63,990 bases of DNA, filler included, from Choristocarpus tenellus KU-1152 (GCA_964200185.2; 8 parts of 8 records of this genome joined end to end with filler, not necessarily neighbours in it); one strand, 5' to 3'; counted from the first letter of the whole stretch, positions 40,021 to 54,030 are shown. A program made the numbers and translations. The notes: generated from the letters alone by a model not told the origin.

Positions 40021-41078
40021 CATACAATTTTACTTGGGAAGCTTATAGTTGCCCTTCAAAAAGCTGGCGTTACTTTAAAACCTTCCAAACTAAAGCTTGA
40101 CCCGCAGAAGTTGAACGTGTTGGACAAATTGTTTCTATTGCAGAGGTATGCCTTGGCAAGGCTCGCGTTCAAGCTATTGTTGATCTCCCACAACCTGAAA
40201 AATCAAAGGCATTTATTCGTTGTTATGTGCACTTTCTGCTGAACATTAATTTACTTATCCTACATTATGCAGATCTGACAGAGCCCCTTCTAAAATTCAC
40301 TCGTAAATAGTTCATGGTACGCCCTTCTGGTGAATTATGAAAATCACATACATTAGTTCATGATGCTGCATTTGCTAATATTATAACTACATTGACATCA
40401 ATCCCTCTCTTACTCTATCCTGATTTTTGCAGATCTTTTGTGGTACATGTTGATGCATCAGATTAGGGCAGTGGTGGCGATCTGGCTCAAATTGCATTAG
40501 ATGACCCAAGTAACACTTCACTGCCTAAATGTGTAGCCTATTTCAGTAAGCAGTTCGATAGAGTCAAACGAAATTGATCAATCACATACAAGAATGTTTC
40601 GCGGTAGTACATGATACTAGCCACTGCCATCCATATCTCTGGGGTCAACATTTTGACATATTCACCAACCACGCAGCACTCTGATAGTGTGCCCGATGCC
40701 CTCTCTCACCTTTTCGTGACTGAGATCAACCAAGTGTCGGCAACTCTACCCCCTAGTTGGAATATTCCGGAAAATGCCATCACATATACTTCAATCCCAC
40801 ATCAAGCATATAATATTTTTTTCCAAGTCGCCTTCATGAACTGGATGCCATATAGAGTGTCTGTGAACTTTTCAGTAGTTCAGTGAATATCTTCCCCAAC
40901 TTTAGACCACATTAAAATCTGTTCAGTAGAAAGAAAACAATTTATCCTTTATTTTGCGTTTTTTAGAGGACCCCAACCCAGTACCTTACCTCCACTGGCG
41001 TCAACATATAGTATACCATAATTTTATGCTTATGGTGAAACCAACTTGTTCTGGTGATCATGCCTTTCGGGGTCAATT

Positions 41079-41345
41079 GAGTCAAAGCATTTAAGAGAGT
41101 AGGAGTTTTGCCCTGTTTGTCTGTTCAAGGCTTCGCTTCCCATGTTTTTTTCTTCCCTTCTTCGTTTTTGTATGTGAACATTTTGGACTTCAGAATAGAT
41201 AAAATGTATAGGAATATGAAAGGTGTGTCCGGAGAAAGGATGTTCACACTTGCTAACAAACATAATACTAAAATGAACCCAAATCACAATATTGGATTTA
41301 TGACCTTGAACGAACTCTGCCCTTCCCTCTGAAATACTTTGACTC
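41079..41345. mobile_element. Diverged family A MITE (reverse) inside Gypsy integrase
   Basis: Removing it restores the GQLVVP motif; att is duplicated on the flanks. Confidence 0.85.
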
Positions 41346-42896
41346 ATTAGTGGTTCCAAAAGAATGAGAACCCCTGGTCTTGCATGCCTGTCACGATCAC
41401 CCTGCTTCAGGAGGTCACTTAGGTCATTTCCCACACACTGGGCAAGGTACAAGACAAGTACTAGTGACCCATATTTCAGAAAGATGTAAGAGATTGATGT
41501 TAGCAGGCTTAGTTTTGCCAACGATGAAAATTTCTCACAGACATCCTACCTTGCCTCAAGGACTAATTCCTACCACTTGACCATCTGGAATGGGTTGCTG
41601 TAGACCTTGTGCAGTATATGTCAATTTCCTAGGGATGCCAATCTGTACGTTCAGCTATCTGCCAATTGACACATTTTGCTTTTCTCATTCCCACCCCAAA
41701 CAAACAAGGGACCATTACCAAAACTTGTTTGAAGCAATATTTTCAATATTTGGTCACATGAAATTCTTCACTTTCATGAAGGTTCAGAAAGTCAAAATAT
41801 ACTTGTTCTGGAATTACAGTGTTTAGGTACCAAAAACTAGTACCATGCCATAGATCAAGGAGTAACTTTTGTTTTAGAGCTAGTTCCACTCTGATCAAGT
41901 GTTATCCATGTATAGCATCTTTGCAAATAAAAATTTCACAGTTCTTCCATTCCTTCAACTCGCTCAGAAAATGGGGTACAATACCACATCACAAGAAACA
42001 TTTTTCCCCTCTGCTTTTTGGACACTTTCCAACTTTGCTGATAGACACCATTATTGGCCTAACCAAATCAACCATAACTCATCCTGGTCAACATTTTACT
42101 CATTTAAAAGCTGAGAATTTACAGTTAATTATTGAATTAGACCATGCAACATCAAAGTCTAGGAGAACACAATGCTAAATGAATTGCTGTCAATGAAGCT
42201 CCTTACTTTCCCCATATTTCAAGTTGGAGCTCAAGTCTTGGACACCGTCCACACACTGACCGTGATGGACCTATCCGGAAATTGATTCACCCTGGGCGCT
42301 GACCTTTCACATTGACTACCAATATCTCCTCTTTAATCTATTGTGTCCAAAAACAGGGTGGCTTCAAAAATATTTCTATCCACTTGACCCACTTGAAACC
42401 ATATATTCTGAACACACAACCACCTCAGTCTGACTCCACAAAGCTCAACGGACATACATTTCCCTTACCAGACCTTAATGGTTCTGAGTCCCCAATAACA
42501 ATCAGTCATTAAACTCGAGTATTATTGAAGTTATCATGGCGCACAAGGTTGGTCGAGGGCCTTGCTCAACCGTGAACATAGAATATAGACTACGCTTTAA
42601 AGGTTATGGTCGTTCCTCTGATACATTCTATTGTCCACGTGAATTTCCCCAATGCGCAGAAATGATTTCCTTTTGTGAACAACATTGTCTGGATACACCT
42701 AATTCCAACATTACACCTTCGGTCAACACAAATTCTGTTCCATGAAAAGTATTTTCTATGTCAATATTTGTCAAGATTATGCTTGACCATTTGTGAGAAT
42801 AAGATTTGAAGTATTAATTTATGTACGCACAGACGATAATGCGGGACAATCAGGATATTTAGGGTTAGGGTATTTGACCAGAAGTAATCGGCGGAC

Positions 42897-43093
42897 TGTT
42901 AGAGTCGGAGTGTGTCTGACGTGTACTAGATAGAGAACTGTTGAGTCATTTGGTATTCTGATTCATTCAATGTAAGGATTGGTGAGCGCCACCTAGTGAT
43001 GGTATCTCACTCTCTTCTCAACTGTGATACAAGCTAATAAACAATAATATAACTGGTTGTGTGGGATAACAGATCGTCAAGGACAGCTTAACA
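42897..43093 (+). mobile_element. Possible LTR (TGTTA...TAACA)
   Basis: Short inverted termini and an internal AATAAA, downstream of the Gypsy chromodomain. No TSD or PPT is confirmed. Confidence 0.35.
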
Positions 43094-46000
43094 ATACTTG
43101 ATTGGGCAACATACTGCAAGTGATATACTATTTTTAGTGTTGTGAATTGCTTGTGTTTCATTCAATAATTTGAGGTTGTGCTGTTGAATGTATCTATATA
43201 TACACAAAATGGATGTTTCCATGGCCGATATCAATATATGTCAAGTTGATTTTTCACACATGTGCACCCATGCATGGGTGGAGAAGACCTGAGCTCATTT
43301 TCCAAATACTAATCCACATTTGTTCTTTATATTTCCTTTGTTTTTTTTTTCATTTTTTGTTCTACATCTTTTCTTACAGGAGGACAAATGTTTTGACTTG
43401 AACGGTTGTTTCAGTGATAGTGCATGGCCAACTCCACCCCCCTGTTGCCCCACAGCTTTAGATTGACTTTCTTCACCCACATTTTTGTATGTGTAAATAA
43501 CAAATTTTGCAGGCGTAAGTCATCTAAGGTTTGCTCATGCGCCTCGTGCTCACTTGCTGGTACAGACTCCTTCACCATTACCAACGAACAAGTTCTTGAG
43601 CGGTATTGTTAAATACTGGTATCATATTTGACACAGCAACACATTGCCTACTATTTTTGTCCGACTCAAAGAATTTGTTTGGTGTTGGGTCTTTAGCTGA
43701 GAGGGTGTTAGGGATGTTTGGGTGGTTAATGATTCAAGCATTGATTAAACTTACCTGTGCGCCACTTGGGCTCTGGTTCAAGGATGCCTGGAGTGCTGAG
43801 ATCATTAGTGCATGATCATGGAGTCATCCAGAGGTAAATTCCAGGAGAATATTTTAGATGGCATCCTTCCTGAGGGATGTAGGTGGTACTGGTTCATCAG
43901 ACTTGCAGTCTTCCTCCAGGACCACAAACCAATCCCTAGATGGGTGTATCATACTGTGGGGAAACCCGTCCCTGGGTTGAACCCCTGCCACCCCATCTTG
44001 CTCAAGCGAGCCTCCTAGGATGCCATCAAACAGAGTGGTTGACGGAATATCAGTGTTTCCCCCAGAAGCGCAGCTTGGAATGTGTTCCGACTCACTTGGC
44101 CTAGTGGTCTTCTTCCCTTCACCTTTATTGTTCTTATCTCTTTCCCTTTTTTTCTTGGTTACTTCTTCATTTGGTAGATCCATCCCCCAGACTGTCAGCA
44201 TGAGTAACACTGTCACGAGGCAGGGTACAATCAATCATGGGGAGTGTTCAGAATCACCAGTTGTGTCATGGTGGGGTGCTTTCAGCAAACCCTAAGCTCT
44301 CTCATCCATCAAATCTTAGGAGAAGTTTGAATTGAATCTTGGATCCAATGGGTAACGTCAGATCCTTGTAAGCGTCAATGGCAAGTGGTCTGACAATTCT
44401 TCGGGCTTACCTGTGTTTGATGTTTACGGGAACGTCACCAACGATAAAGAAATGTGCGCAATACACTTACGTGTGCGAGCGGATGTGGGTTGGACTGAGA
44501 TCAGCTCCCAACAGGACCTGTACGTCACAGATATGACAATGTATATTTCCAATTTATCAGCTTCTTACCTTCCTTCCACTCAGGATGCATGCTATTTTAT
44601 TCTATAACAGACGTCATAGTCGCACGTCTTCCATTAAATTTACTGCTTTTATTGGTCATGTCACAAAACAATGTTGCTTTTCAGACTTGTGGTTTTGTTC
44701 TACTTCGAAAGTAACAACTCACTGCTGGATTCCAGAATAAATCCTACATGGAAAGCACCTTGTAGGCATGGCCTTCGAATCAGTCTACAAATTTCATGTC
44801 ATGCTGATATTCTCCGTTGCATTAGGTCTGTCTACAGGCTTCAGCTGGACTTGATAGGTTTTCAAGTCAAACCCAAGCTGTATCAGATCAACGACCGCCA
44901 CCCAACCGAGTCACATAGGAGAACGCAGATGCCTAGGGCTAGAGAGGAACTGCTAAAGAAATGGCTGTGCAGTGGGTGGGTAATGAGTTCGTCATGGCGA
45001 TAACAACTGTGGTGTCCAGTCTGACGTGAGTGACATAAAGTTTGCGGCTGCCAAACTTCGACATGGAAGACATGGGACTGTTAGCTAATACAAGAACATT
45101 TGGGGGAAGATGGGTTCAACGAGGCTATGGGAGAGATCGGGGAGACAGACGTCTGAGAGACGATCAACATCGACTTAAGCATAACTTCAACTAACATGCC
45201 TCCTGCTTCTACAAGTCTAGCTGGGAGAGGGAGCACAGCAGTCGTGCAAAACAAGCAGACCAGCAAATATATTGTGGGAGACTTCAAGGAAGGTTACATC
45301 ACCCGTAAATTCTGTTTGGCGCATAAGAAAGTGTGAGTCAAAACACCAGATCGAAGAACCCATAGGGCCCCCACCACTACGCAACCCCCATTCTCACCTG
45401 AAGGGGTAGAAGAGAAGTGGGACAACAGAGTAGCTGAGGTGTCTCTACTAGCTGTTTTCATTGAACGGGTACCATGTGCTTGGGGTGTTGTGTGGTATGA
45501 GATCAGGTGGGATTTGTGTTACTTGTCCCAAAGCAGTTCTCAACATGATGAGTTGCAGAAGTAATTATATGAGTGATCGTAACTGGCTCTCACCCGGCGA
45601 AATACACGCGCTTGCACGCGGATCTCTCCCCCCAATGATCCACAACTCGATCCTGACAGAAACCCCAGACACTATTGGACCTTGGAGGCACAGGGTTCTT
45701 CCTTGCGATGGTGAGCCTCAAATGCGTTGCTGAAGATCCCTGAATCCTAGTGTGGCATTTCCACGGTTCACACGCATAAGCTCTAGCTAATGAGATTATG
45801 CATAGTCCTCGCTCACTCCTCTCCCCTCCATTGTCTCATCTCCGTCCCATCAAGCACACTTATTTACGCACATACTCCGTCTAATGTTTGAAGTAAAACA
45901 AATATAGTCTTGTGGTTGAAGTTGTAATCAATTGTTCTTTTGAATCCCCTCGCATCTTGAGCGCCTGATTTCCGAGGCATCCAAATAGTAACCCCACTAG

Positions 46001-46150
46001 TACCCCCTGTCAACATTGTGCAGACAATTGTCAGTCTAACAACTGTGTCCCTTTCTCTCCCTCTCAGAAGTATCTTGAAGAAAAAATGAATCCTATATAC
46101 ATCCACTCACGAGCTTGAGACACCGCCATAGTCGAGGCCTCCAATCCAGA

Positions 46151-47884
46151 ATGTCACATACCCCCGTAATTCTTGACGGCTTGCAGGACGGGCAACCAAC
46201 ACCAAAGCAGAGTGCAGATGTTCCTGTGGACGCCCAGGATCTGACTCTTTTCGTGAAAAGCGTTATGGAACAGATGGTAGGGTCTGTAACATCTCTCCTC
46301 CGTTGCTGGATAGACTTAAGAAACCCAGAGCCCATGGTAGACTTGCAATGAATGAACAATCTTTGACTGTGTAAGGTATTTGCATGGAGTAACTTTTCGA
46401 GCATTGCAACACTGAAAGTTGAGGAAGTTGACCACAGTGATAAATTACTAGCCGCTTCCTGTCCGGCTTCAATCTGATGATAAGATGTACAAGCATCACA
46501 AGCACTAAATTTGCGAGCTTGTAAAGACAGCCTCGTCACAACTCTGTTGCTTATTTTGCGTGTCTTAGGATTCTCTGTTAATCGTTTGACTGGATTGCAC
46601 AACCCGACTCCGTTACACGTGTCTTCTCTCAGCAAAATCGCATTAGCCAGATGTCGGAGGCAATCATAGGTCGTGTTGACGAGATGGGTGAAAGAATCGA
46701 TGACCTTGAAAAATCTATTCAGGACCTGATGGTTCAGGTAAGTGAAGATGCCTAGTTGCAGATCTTTCTCCCTTTCATATCCTTGTCATCTTTGCTGAAT
46801 CTCATAGTCTACTGCATTTTTGGTTAGTGCCTTCAAGTGTGAACAATATGATGACTTTTTGCAAGACATGATTTCATCCTCTTGTTTTCTAAACACAATC
46901 GAAAAGAGAGCAGGCTAGTGTCTGAATTTCACTGTGTCCCTTCTGTACTCTGTGGTGCAATCACATGTTAGGGGGGATACCCCATGATTCCTACATTGAA
47001 ATCATGTTGGTAGTTACATACGTTTGAAATACATCAATGATAGTTCTTGTTATTTCATATGTTCTACACACACCTTTGTGTGTGTATATATTTGCTTAGA
47101 GTGAATATTAATTATTTAACTGCTTAACGTTTGTCCAATATCTCATGTTGCTGAGTGAGTAGATTGTCCATATTAAACTGATTGGATGTTGAAAGGTATG
47201 AACAAATTGTGCAACTGGCTGCATGGCATGCAGTTGTGAGACCCAAGGGTCCCCCACTCAGTGAGGGGCCCAGCTGGAGTTAATTGTGAAAGAGTAGTCT
47301 CATTCTCCCTGTTGCTCCTAGGGTATTTCATGCTAGTATGGTGAGACGTTTTTACCCATCAGTTAAAATCTTTTCCATCAGGTGCTCATTGCTTTAAAGG
47401 TAGAATACTCACTCATACATTTACCCATGTGCAGATTAAATGGACAGTCAGCACCTCGATTTCATATTCTCGCATACTCCTCATACCAATTGATGTAATG
47501 TGACTCATTTGTCATGATTGGTTCTGATCTACCATTCCACTGGTATTCCTTCTTATTTGGGGAGAAACTATATTCTCAGCATTCTGTGAATTTGCTTTGT
47601 AGTTAAAGGTGCCTTCTCCCCAATTGTGTCCTCTTATCACAGAACCTAGCCTACATGGTTGCAAGGACCCTCCCCTGAGAAAATTCAATCATTTATGGTC
47701 CTGTTTTTTCCCCTGTTTGATACTATGTACAAGCTAAGTACACAAACTCTGGACCTTGATTTTGATATTGGTATCTGTTCCTGGGCCATTCCTCATTATG
47801 CCATTGGTGTGTCATTTCTATTTCCAGGCGGAGATTGAGAATCCTGATGAGCTAAAGACTGAAACACCAGGAAGTAATACATGA
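46151..47884 (+). CDS. HSBP1: Heat shock factor-binding protein 1; 3 exons, 95 aa
   Basis: Exons 46151-46276, 46633-46737 and 47828-47884, all phase 0 with GT-AG introns. Protein ...DAQDLTLFVKSVMEQMQNRISQMSEAIIGRVDEMGERIDDLEKSIQDLMVQAEIE... Confidence 0.95.
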
Positions 47885-50069
47885 TATTCTGGACCCCACC
47901 CTCTCGCAATGAGCTTGGGAATGAATGACCTAGTGCTTTTGGAGCCCTTAATTGTATCATCGAGCTGTGCATCTCTTTAACAGTAGGCTAGTTGCAGCTT
48001 GTGCTTTGAAATTGAGAGAGGACAGTCAGGTGGCACTGCTTGGAACTGTCTTCTAGCAAGGGGTGTAGTAGCCCTTCCTAGCACAGGTCTACCCATACCC
48101 TTGGGAGTATCAAGAGATCGTGGTGAATCCTTTAGGATTGGTTGTACATACATGGGACAACCTCTACCTATTGGTACAATAGTCCAGTTGTGAGTTGAAT
48201 GGAAAACATTTCAGTAGCAACTTGAAAGGGGGTAAAGTGTTGTCTTCCTTAACGCTCAAGTATATGCAATGAGGGTGCTGTGGTGTAGAACCTTTTTTGC
48301 ATTCTCTCTCAACGTTGCTCTCATTCCCTGGCATGTGTCACCTATTTGAATGGGAAGGGATATGGTTGCAAATCTATTGCTCACTCAGCCAGGGGAATGT
48401 TAAAGAGCCTAGTTGATCAAAGCAACGAAACCTTTTGTCTTGTATAAATTTGGAAAGTGCAACAGTGAAAAATGAGGGTGTGATATTTTGACAGACCACA
48501 CCACTGACAAGCTTAAATCATACCTGATTTACTTGAGCATGTGGGGGGTGTAGATCAGTTGCCCACATGTGGATCCTCAAGAAAAATTCTCTGATTTTTT
48601 ATGTGTGATGGATTGAGCTGGATAATATTGGCCATGATTGATGCACTTCTTGTGGCCACCTGGCAATTCCAGCACTTAGCCTTTCTGAGTCGAATGTAAT
48701 TGTTTCCGTTTGTTGGCTCCACCAGTTGATACATCCTTATGCTTCCCCTTGCACTTTGCTGTGTTGAACAAGGCACTACCCCAAATGTTGTTGGCAGCAT
48801 TTTTCCCCGAAGCTGACCATGGCAGATAGCTGCAACTTGTTGGCCACAAGAAGATGTTTCCAGGTATAGGAGATAACGTCCTTTATTGAAGCAATGACTG
48901 GCTCGTTGTCACTGGTACACTCATCATTCTGCTCCTCGAGATTGTAATGAATAAATCACAGCGTCTTCATCTTGTACTCACCCGAATCCACGGTTTGACA
49001 AATTCCGTGTCCACACCACCAACTTTCATGCCGAGTGAAGTATGGTGTCTCGGTGTGATGGCAGGACTCAGATGGTGACTTTTTCTCCTGCACACGGCAT
49101 GGTCGAACCATGCAGTATATACACGTGAAGGGCACTGGTTAGCTGTCTGTGACATAATCTGGACTATCGTCACCCTTGGTATGGCATGTCTATCCACATC
49201 ATAAATCTGCATGATGCCCAATGTTACCCATTGTGGTACAAAATTCAATTAACCAATACTCTGTTGAAACCTTGAATTGAATGAATCGTTGGTTCTCATG
49301 TAGTGTAGTCTGTGTAATGATACATGCTCTGTGTAGCGGCTTGGTACCTTTTGAAGAAGGTTGTCGATGTATTAACTCTGAATATATTTCTTCCAGTTGT
49401 GTATCTGGTACACTGAATGCAGAGTATATTAGTAGGCTATGTGGGTACCAATCAAAGAAAAAAAAACATTTGTCACTGTTATTTCTTTTGTGAGAAAAAT
49501 ATAAAAGGAGACCTGACCCTAATTCTTAGTCAACTCACATGTACATACACAGAGTTTGTATGTTGAAGAATATCTACCTATTCTAGGGACCAAGCATACT
49601 ATAGTTACACATTCTGAAACTGTGAGTCCTGCTCACATTCTGCGTAGAGCGGTACATGTGATCTAGCTGCTTACACACGGAAGTGACCACCACCAGTGAA
49701 CGAATCAGCATGCAACAATAGTTGCTGGTATTGTACTGCATCTATAGGTTATGAAGAAAGTGTCCTATGTTTTAACATCATCTACCCAGGATCTAGGTCT
49801 AGTGACTAGGATGGAATACAGAGATTGATGACTGCAAGTAGGGAGTGAATCTGACCTGGACTGCTTTCAAATTGTTGATGGAGATAACAACCTCCCAATG
49901 TTTAGATAAAGAAAACAAGACTCAAGGTAGATTATATTTGGAAGAATGACAAGCCAGGGCGCTGAGAGATCTATGTAAATGCACCTGGTTACCTTGTATG
50001 ACATGTAGACCACTACCATCTACTTTTCTTGATCTCTCCGCAAAGCTACTCAGGACAGATGAAATCAAA

Positions 50070-50132
50070 GACCCAAAGTATCTGGGGGGGTGGGGGGAGT
50101 CTACACGAGGGTGTCCATTTGGACCAATATCG
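50070..50132. mobile_element. Left end of family B MITE (cut by gap)
   Basis: gacccaaagtatctggggggg...gtccatttgg. Confidence 0.8.
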
Positions 50133-50399
50133 NNNNNNNNNNNNNNNNNNNNNNNNNNNNNNNNNNNNNNNNNNNNTTAATTAATTAANNNNNNNNNNNN
50201 NNNNNNNNNNNNNNNNNNNNNNNNNNNNNNNNTCATTCCTCGTGCCTCTGCCTGTCACTCAATTCTTTAACCTCCCAACTGTTCCTTAACTCTTCGTACA
50301 TTCTTTGTTGATTCTTCTTTTCTTTCTTGTCCCCTTCCTTGCCCCATGCCCCCAACCAACCAGAATTCTTCCGTCCACAAAACTCAGATTACTTCATAA

Positions 50400-51160
50400 A
50401 CTTTCACTTTTGTACCAAGTGGCCAAGTGGTACAAAATCGATTTTTGTATCACATCAATTTTGTTCCGCCTTTTTCGGGCGTGCCCATGGGTGAACAAAA
50501 TCGGGTAACCTACTGTACTTCAAAACAGGAATGTAGCATTGATTTGAATTGATAGAAATATAGCGAAGTTTTGTGTCAATAGGTGATGCAACCCTTGCAC
50601 TACACCTGGAGGGTAGGAGACTCGCTGTAGTCATAGAGGTAGTGCTTCTGATTGTTCGTGCAGACAAAGAACCACTTCTCATCCACATCGACGAAGTCTT
50701 CGATTTGGTATAAGGTCGTCAAGTCTCCTGGTTCCACAGCGGCCCAGTGCATTGCCCACTCCAACTCTTCTAACTTGCAATCATCAGTAAGGAGCCGCTT
50801 AAAATAGGCTAAATGTGTATTTAAATCAATTTTCTTCATCTTGTCACGAAGAGAAGACCCGTCAGGGTTTGCTGGATCGTGCGTTTTTTAATGGAAATAA
50901 TATTGAGATTATCTCGTAGGCCATTGACGTTGTTTGTCCCTTTGCGGTCAGAGTTCCCTATTTGTCTCCAAACAATATCGGGATCCATAACATTAGCATA
51001 CATTTGAGTCTTGTAGGCCTTCTGAAGATTCCACATGGTGTGAGTACTCCAGTCAAACATCTTGGCAACTCGCTTAATGTCGGCGTGATAGGAGCCCTTC
51101 TTGATGCCTTGAAGCAGCTCCACAACTGCTGCCCTTTTTATAATTAGTGTCAGATGCATT
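50400..51160 (-). mobile_element. Tc1/mariner transposase N-terminal relic
   Basis: HTH-like KRVAKMFDWS..TMWNL; EDFVDVDEKWFF...KHYL; similar to the 24244-25640 element. Confidence 0.8.
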
Positions 51161-51752
51161 ATTTAGATAATGTTTGGAGATCTTTCTGACTGATGCGTGT
51201 TTGGTTAGTGTGTGTCTGGACTGACTCTCTCTGACCTCGGGATTCAATCGAGGTCTTGGTTTCACCCTTTGATGTCTCTCTCACATGAATATTATATTTA
51301 AACTGACCAATTAATTACATTTCACTCTTNNNNNNNNAAGAACCTTACAAGAAACCAATTTATGGGAGTAAGATATACGACGTAGATCAGTTTTCATATA
51401 TATTCTGAAAGTGTAAGAGGTCATAAAAATAATATATTATTTTGTAGTGGTAAATATTAGAGAGTTTTACAGCAAACAGTTGTATTTTAATGTTCATAAT
51501 ATATTATTATGCCCTCTGACATTTTGTAGATGTGTCAGGGGGAAACCAATGAAAACTATATACATATGTGTATATAAAACAATATGTAAGATATAGTAGG
51601 GTGTGTAAAGGAGTTGTGATACTCAACAGAGACGCCCTATTGATAATACCGACGCCTCTAATTATGTTGTCGAAGAAGTCAAAGGTAAAACAGATCAACG
51701 ACTTAGGTAATCAACCTCTGGACTTTTCCCACCTCTCACCCCCAATGTTCAC

Positions 51753-54030
51753 ATGGAGATCAGACGGGTAGGGGCATTGATGTCCGCTACCGACTGCACT
51801 CCAACAGAGGTAAATGGACGACGAGACCCCACTGCTAACCATGTCCATGCAAGAATTGGAGCTCGACAAGGAGGTGTGAAATGGGCAGCAATTGCACTTG
51901 GGTCAGAGGTCAGCGAGGACGAAGGGTGGGATATGAGTCGTGCACCTGAGACGTACGAGAAACGTAAGTTGTTGGAAAAACCTGTCATGTTAGGCTTCCA
52001 AGAAGAGGTCGTGCAGCCTATTTCTCATCCAGGTGATGACAGCCTCACTGTGGCCGCAACAATGCTCACAGATCAAGGCCTACCTGTGAAGAAGGTCACA
52101 GCCTCTGGCGTCGCCTATCCGATCAGCCTGCGTATCCTTGATGGTCGATCCACTCTATCTCTCACTTGGCTCGAGTCAGATGAAGTGGGATTCAACATAC
52201 GCGACCTCATCGACGTCCGACGCGGCGGGCGAGGTAGGGGAAGCAGGTCCGTGCGGTGTGATGCATGCCTCCTGACATTGGCGTGGGGTTTCAGCGGACC
52301 AGTGCTCGATCTGGAGGCAAAGACGCAAAAGGAAAGGGATGCCCTAGCCCTGTGCTTTCAGAACGTCGGTACTGAGCTGCGACAACTTGCTCAGGAGGAA
52401 TTTGGTGGGACTGGTGGGGTTACATGGGAGAGTTCGGAGCGAAGGGTAGGTCGTCGTGAACCGCCTCATCTCCTACGTCGAAACACCACTGGGACCCGAC
52501 CTGCACCAGGATGGAACCGTAGAGATTCCGAACCAGGAGATCCTGGCGGCAGTGATTGGGGTGGCGGGATCTTCGGGTACTGGAAGAGGGCTAACCGGTT
52601 GAGCAGAGATATCGATGTAGCGTCGGCTAGGGTCCTCAACCTCTTTGATAAGGGAAAGGAGGAGTCTCGTGCAGCATCATGGAGGATTGGGGTAAGTTCG
52701 GAGAATAATTCGAATCCACAAATGGTCGTAACTAGGTAAAGACAACTTGCCGCACGCCTTCTGGGACTTTCGTACGCCGATATCTTGATCTGTGTGTCGA
52801 GATTCATTGCAAAAAATTGACATGTAATGTCAAGCGCAAGGCAGATTGAATATGTTGGGGATCAAAGGTCAAGCAGTGCATATCAGGGTGATATCAATGC
52901 ACTTCAACCAAAATTAGTGTGTGTGAGAAATACTTACCTAGTCAACCCACGTTTGTGAGAAAGTTGATATAGGTTGTGACCCGATCACCCTCTTTTTGCT
53001 GTGTTGAAGTTTTCGGAGGATTTTTTTTTTAGATATTGAAACTTTGACCTCTGTTCACTAGTACATATTTATAGCCAGGGGTTCAACTCAGATGCAGGCT
53101 AAGAGTCCAGATTCTGTTTCATTGGGATACAGGATGAAGGAAGTTTTCAGTGGACTGCTTGGTGTGTTGTCTGTTTGAATTGTAAAGTTGATGGAGAACG
53201 TCAATGTCCAGTGGACCGACCCACACACACACACACACACAAGTGAGTAGACACCACATTCCCATCCTTCCAGTGATCATCCTCCCCCCCTCCCTTCCCC
53301 ATGATGATGATTCCCTTCTGCAATTCAAAGATACATAACGACTTTGCAGCGCACATATCTCCTGACCAAAAAATGAGCCAGTATATTTCTTATGCCAAAG
53401 CTGTAATAGGGGACTCAGAACACTCACCAACAAAGGACAATAGTCAGCGGAATGAATACCTTGATGGAATGTGATGCAGAGAGTGACTATCTGGTCATAC
53501 ATTGGCATGAGCATTTTTTTGTGGGGATTGTGCTGTTAAGTACATTTCAGTGTTGCCCATTTAACTCCCCTATTCCCCCCACCCCTCCGACACCTCAAGT
53601 GTTCTTGTTGATCGATGCAATTTCACTAGCCAGCCGTGCTTTGTGGGATATCTAATGAACACATCTAGTAGGTGTTACGCTCTGTCCCAATCTCAAGCCC
53701 CCGCTTGATCGCCACAAAACACTTTCTCGCCTTGCATAGTCACCCATCTTTGCCCCCACGAAGCTTGAAAGTTGTTGCATGACTTACTATTCCAATCCAA
53801 CCCTTTCCCTGTGAAAAAGGTGCAGAAACTGGAGGGGTTTCTCACCCAAGTGGCGACCCGACAGGCCTACAGGAGCTGGGGACGGTGGTGCAGGGTGGTC
53901 CGAGAAGCAAATCAGAGGCGTATGAAATCAGACCGGCGTTCCTGGTGCCTCCATGCCATTTGCAATGCCCGCAATGACCTTCAGGCTTGGTACCACAGCA
54001 CATTCTATGAGGAGGTCTATCGCCTGAAAG
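51753..54030 (+). CDS. PH-domain-containing protein (5' part; continues beyond gap)
   Basis: Exon 51753-52691 joins in phase 0 to exon 53820-54030. PH-like segment VKKVTASG...LTWLE....FNIRDLIDVRRG...LLTL......LDLEAKTQKERDALALCF. Confidence 0.75.

Larger units (their letters stand above)
37330..42745 (+). mobile_element. Ty3/Gypsy chromovirus relic (gag-like, RT, RNase H, integrase, chromodomain)
   Basis: PWGSPVTIVVKADRTLRFC; YIDDLIL; VVHVDASDLG; ACHDHPASGGHLG; chromodomain IEVIMAHKV...EYRLRFKGYG..SDTF (42520-42680). Many stops; interrupted by three MITEs. Confidence 0.88.

Noticed and set aside
46093-46635. 180-aa minus-strand ORF over HSBP1
   Set aside because: Antisense to a well-supported exon and intron; no motif.
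48555-49248. Possible minus-strand exons
   Set aside because: Splice signals are plausible, but there is no recognisable product or consistent gene model.
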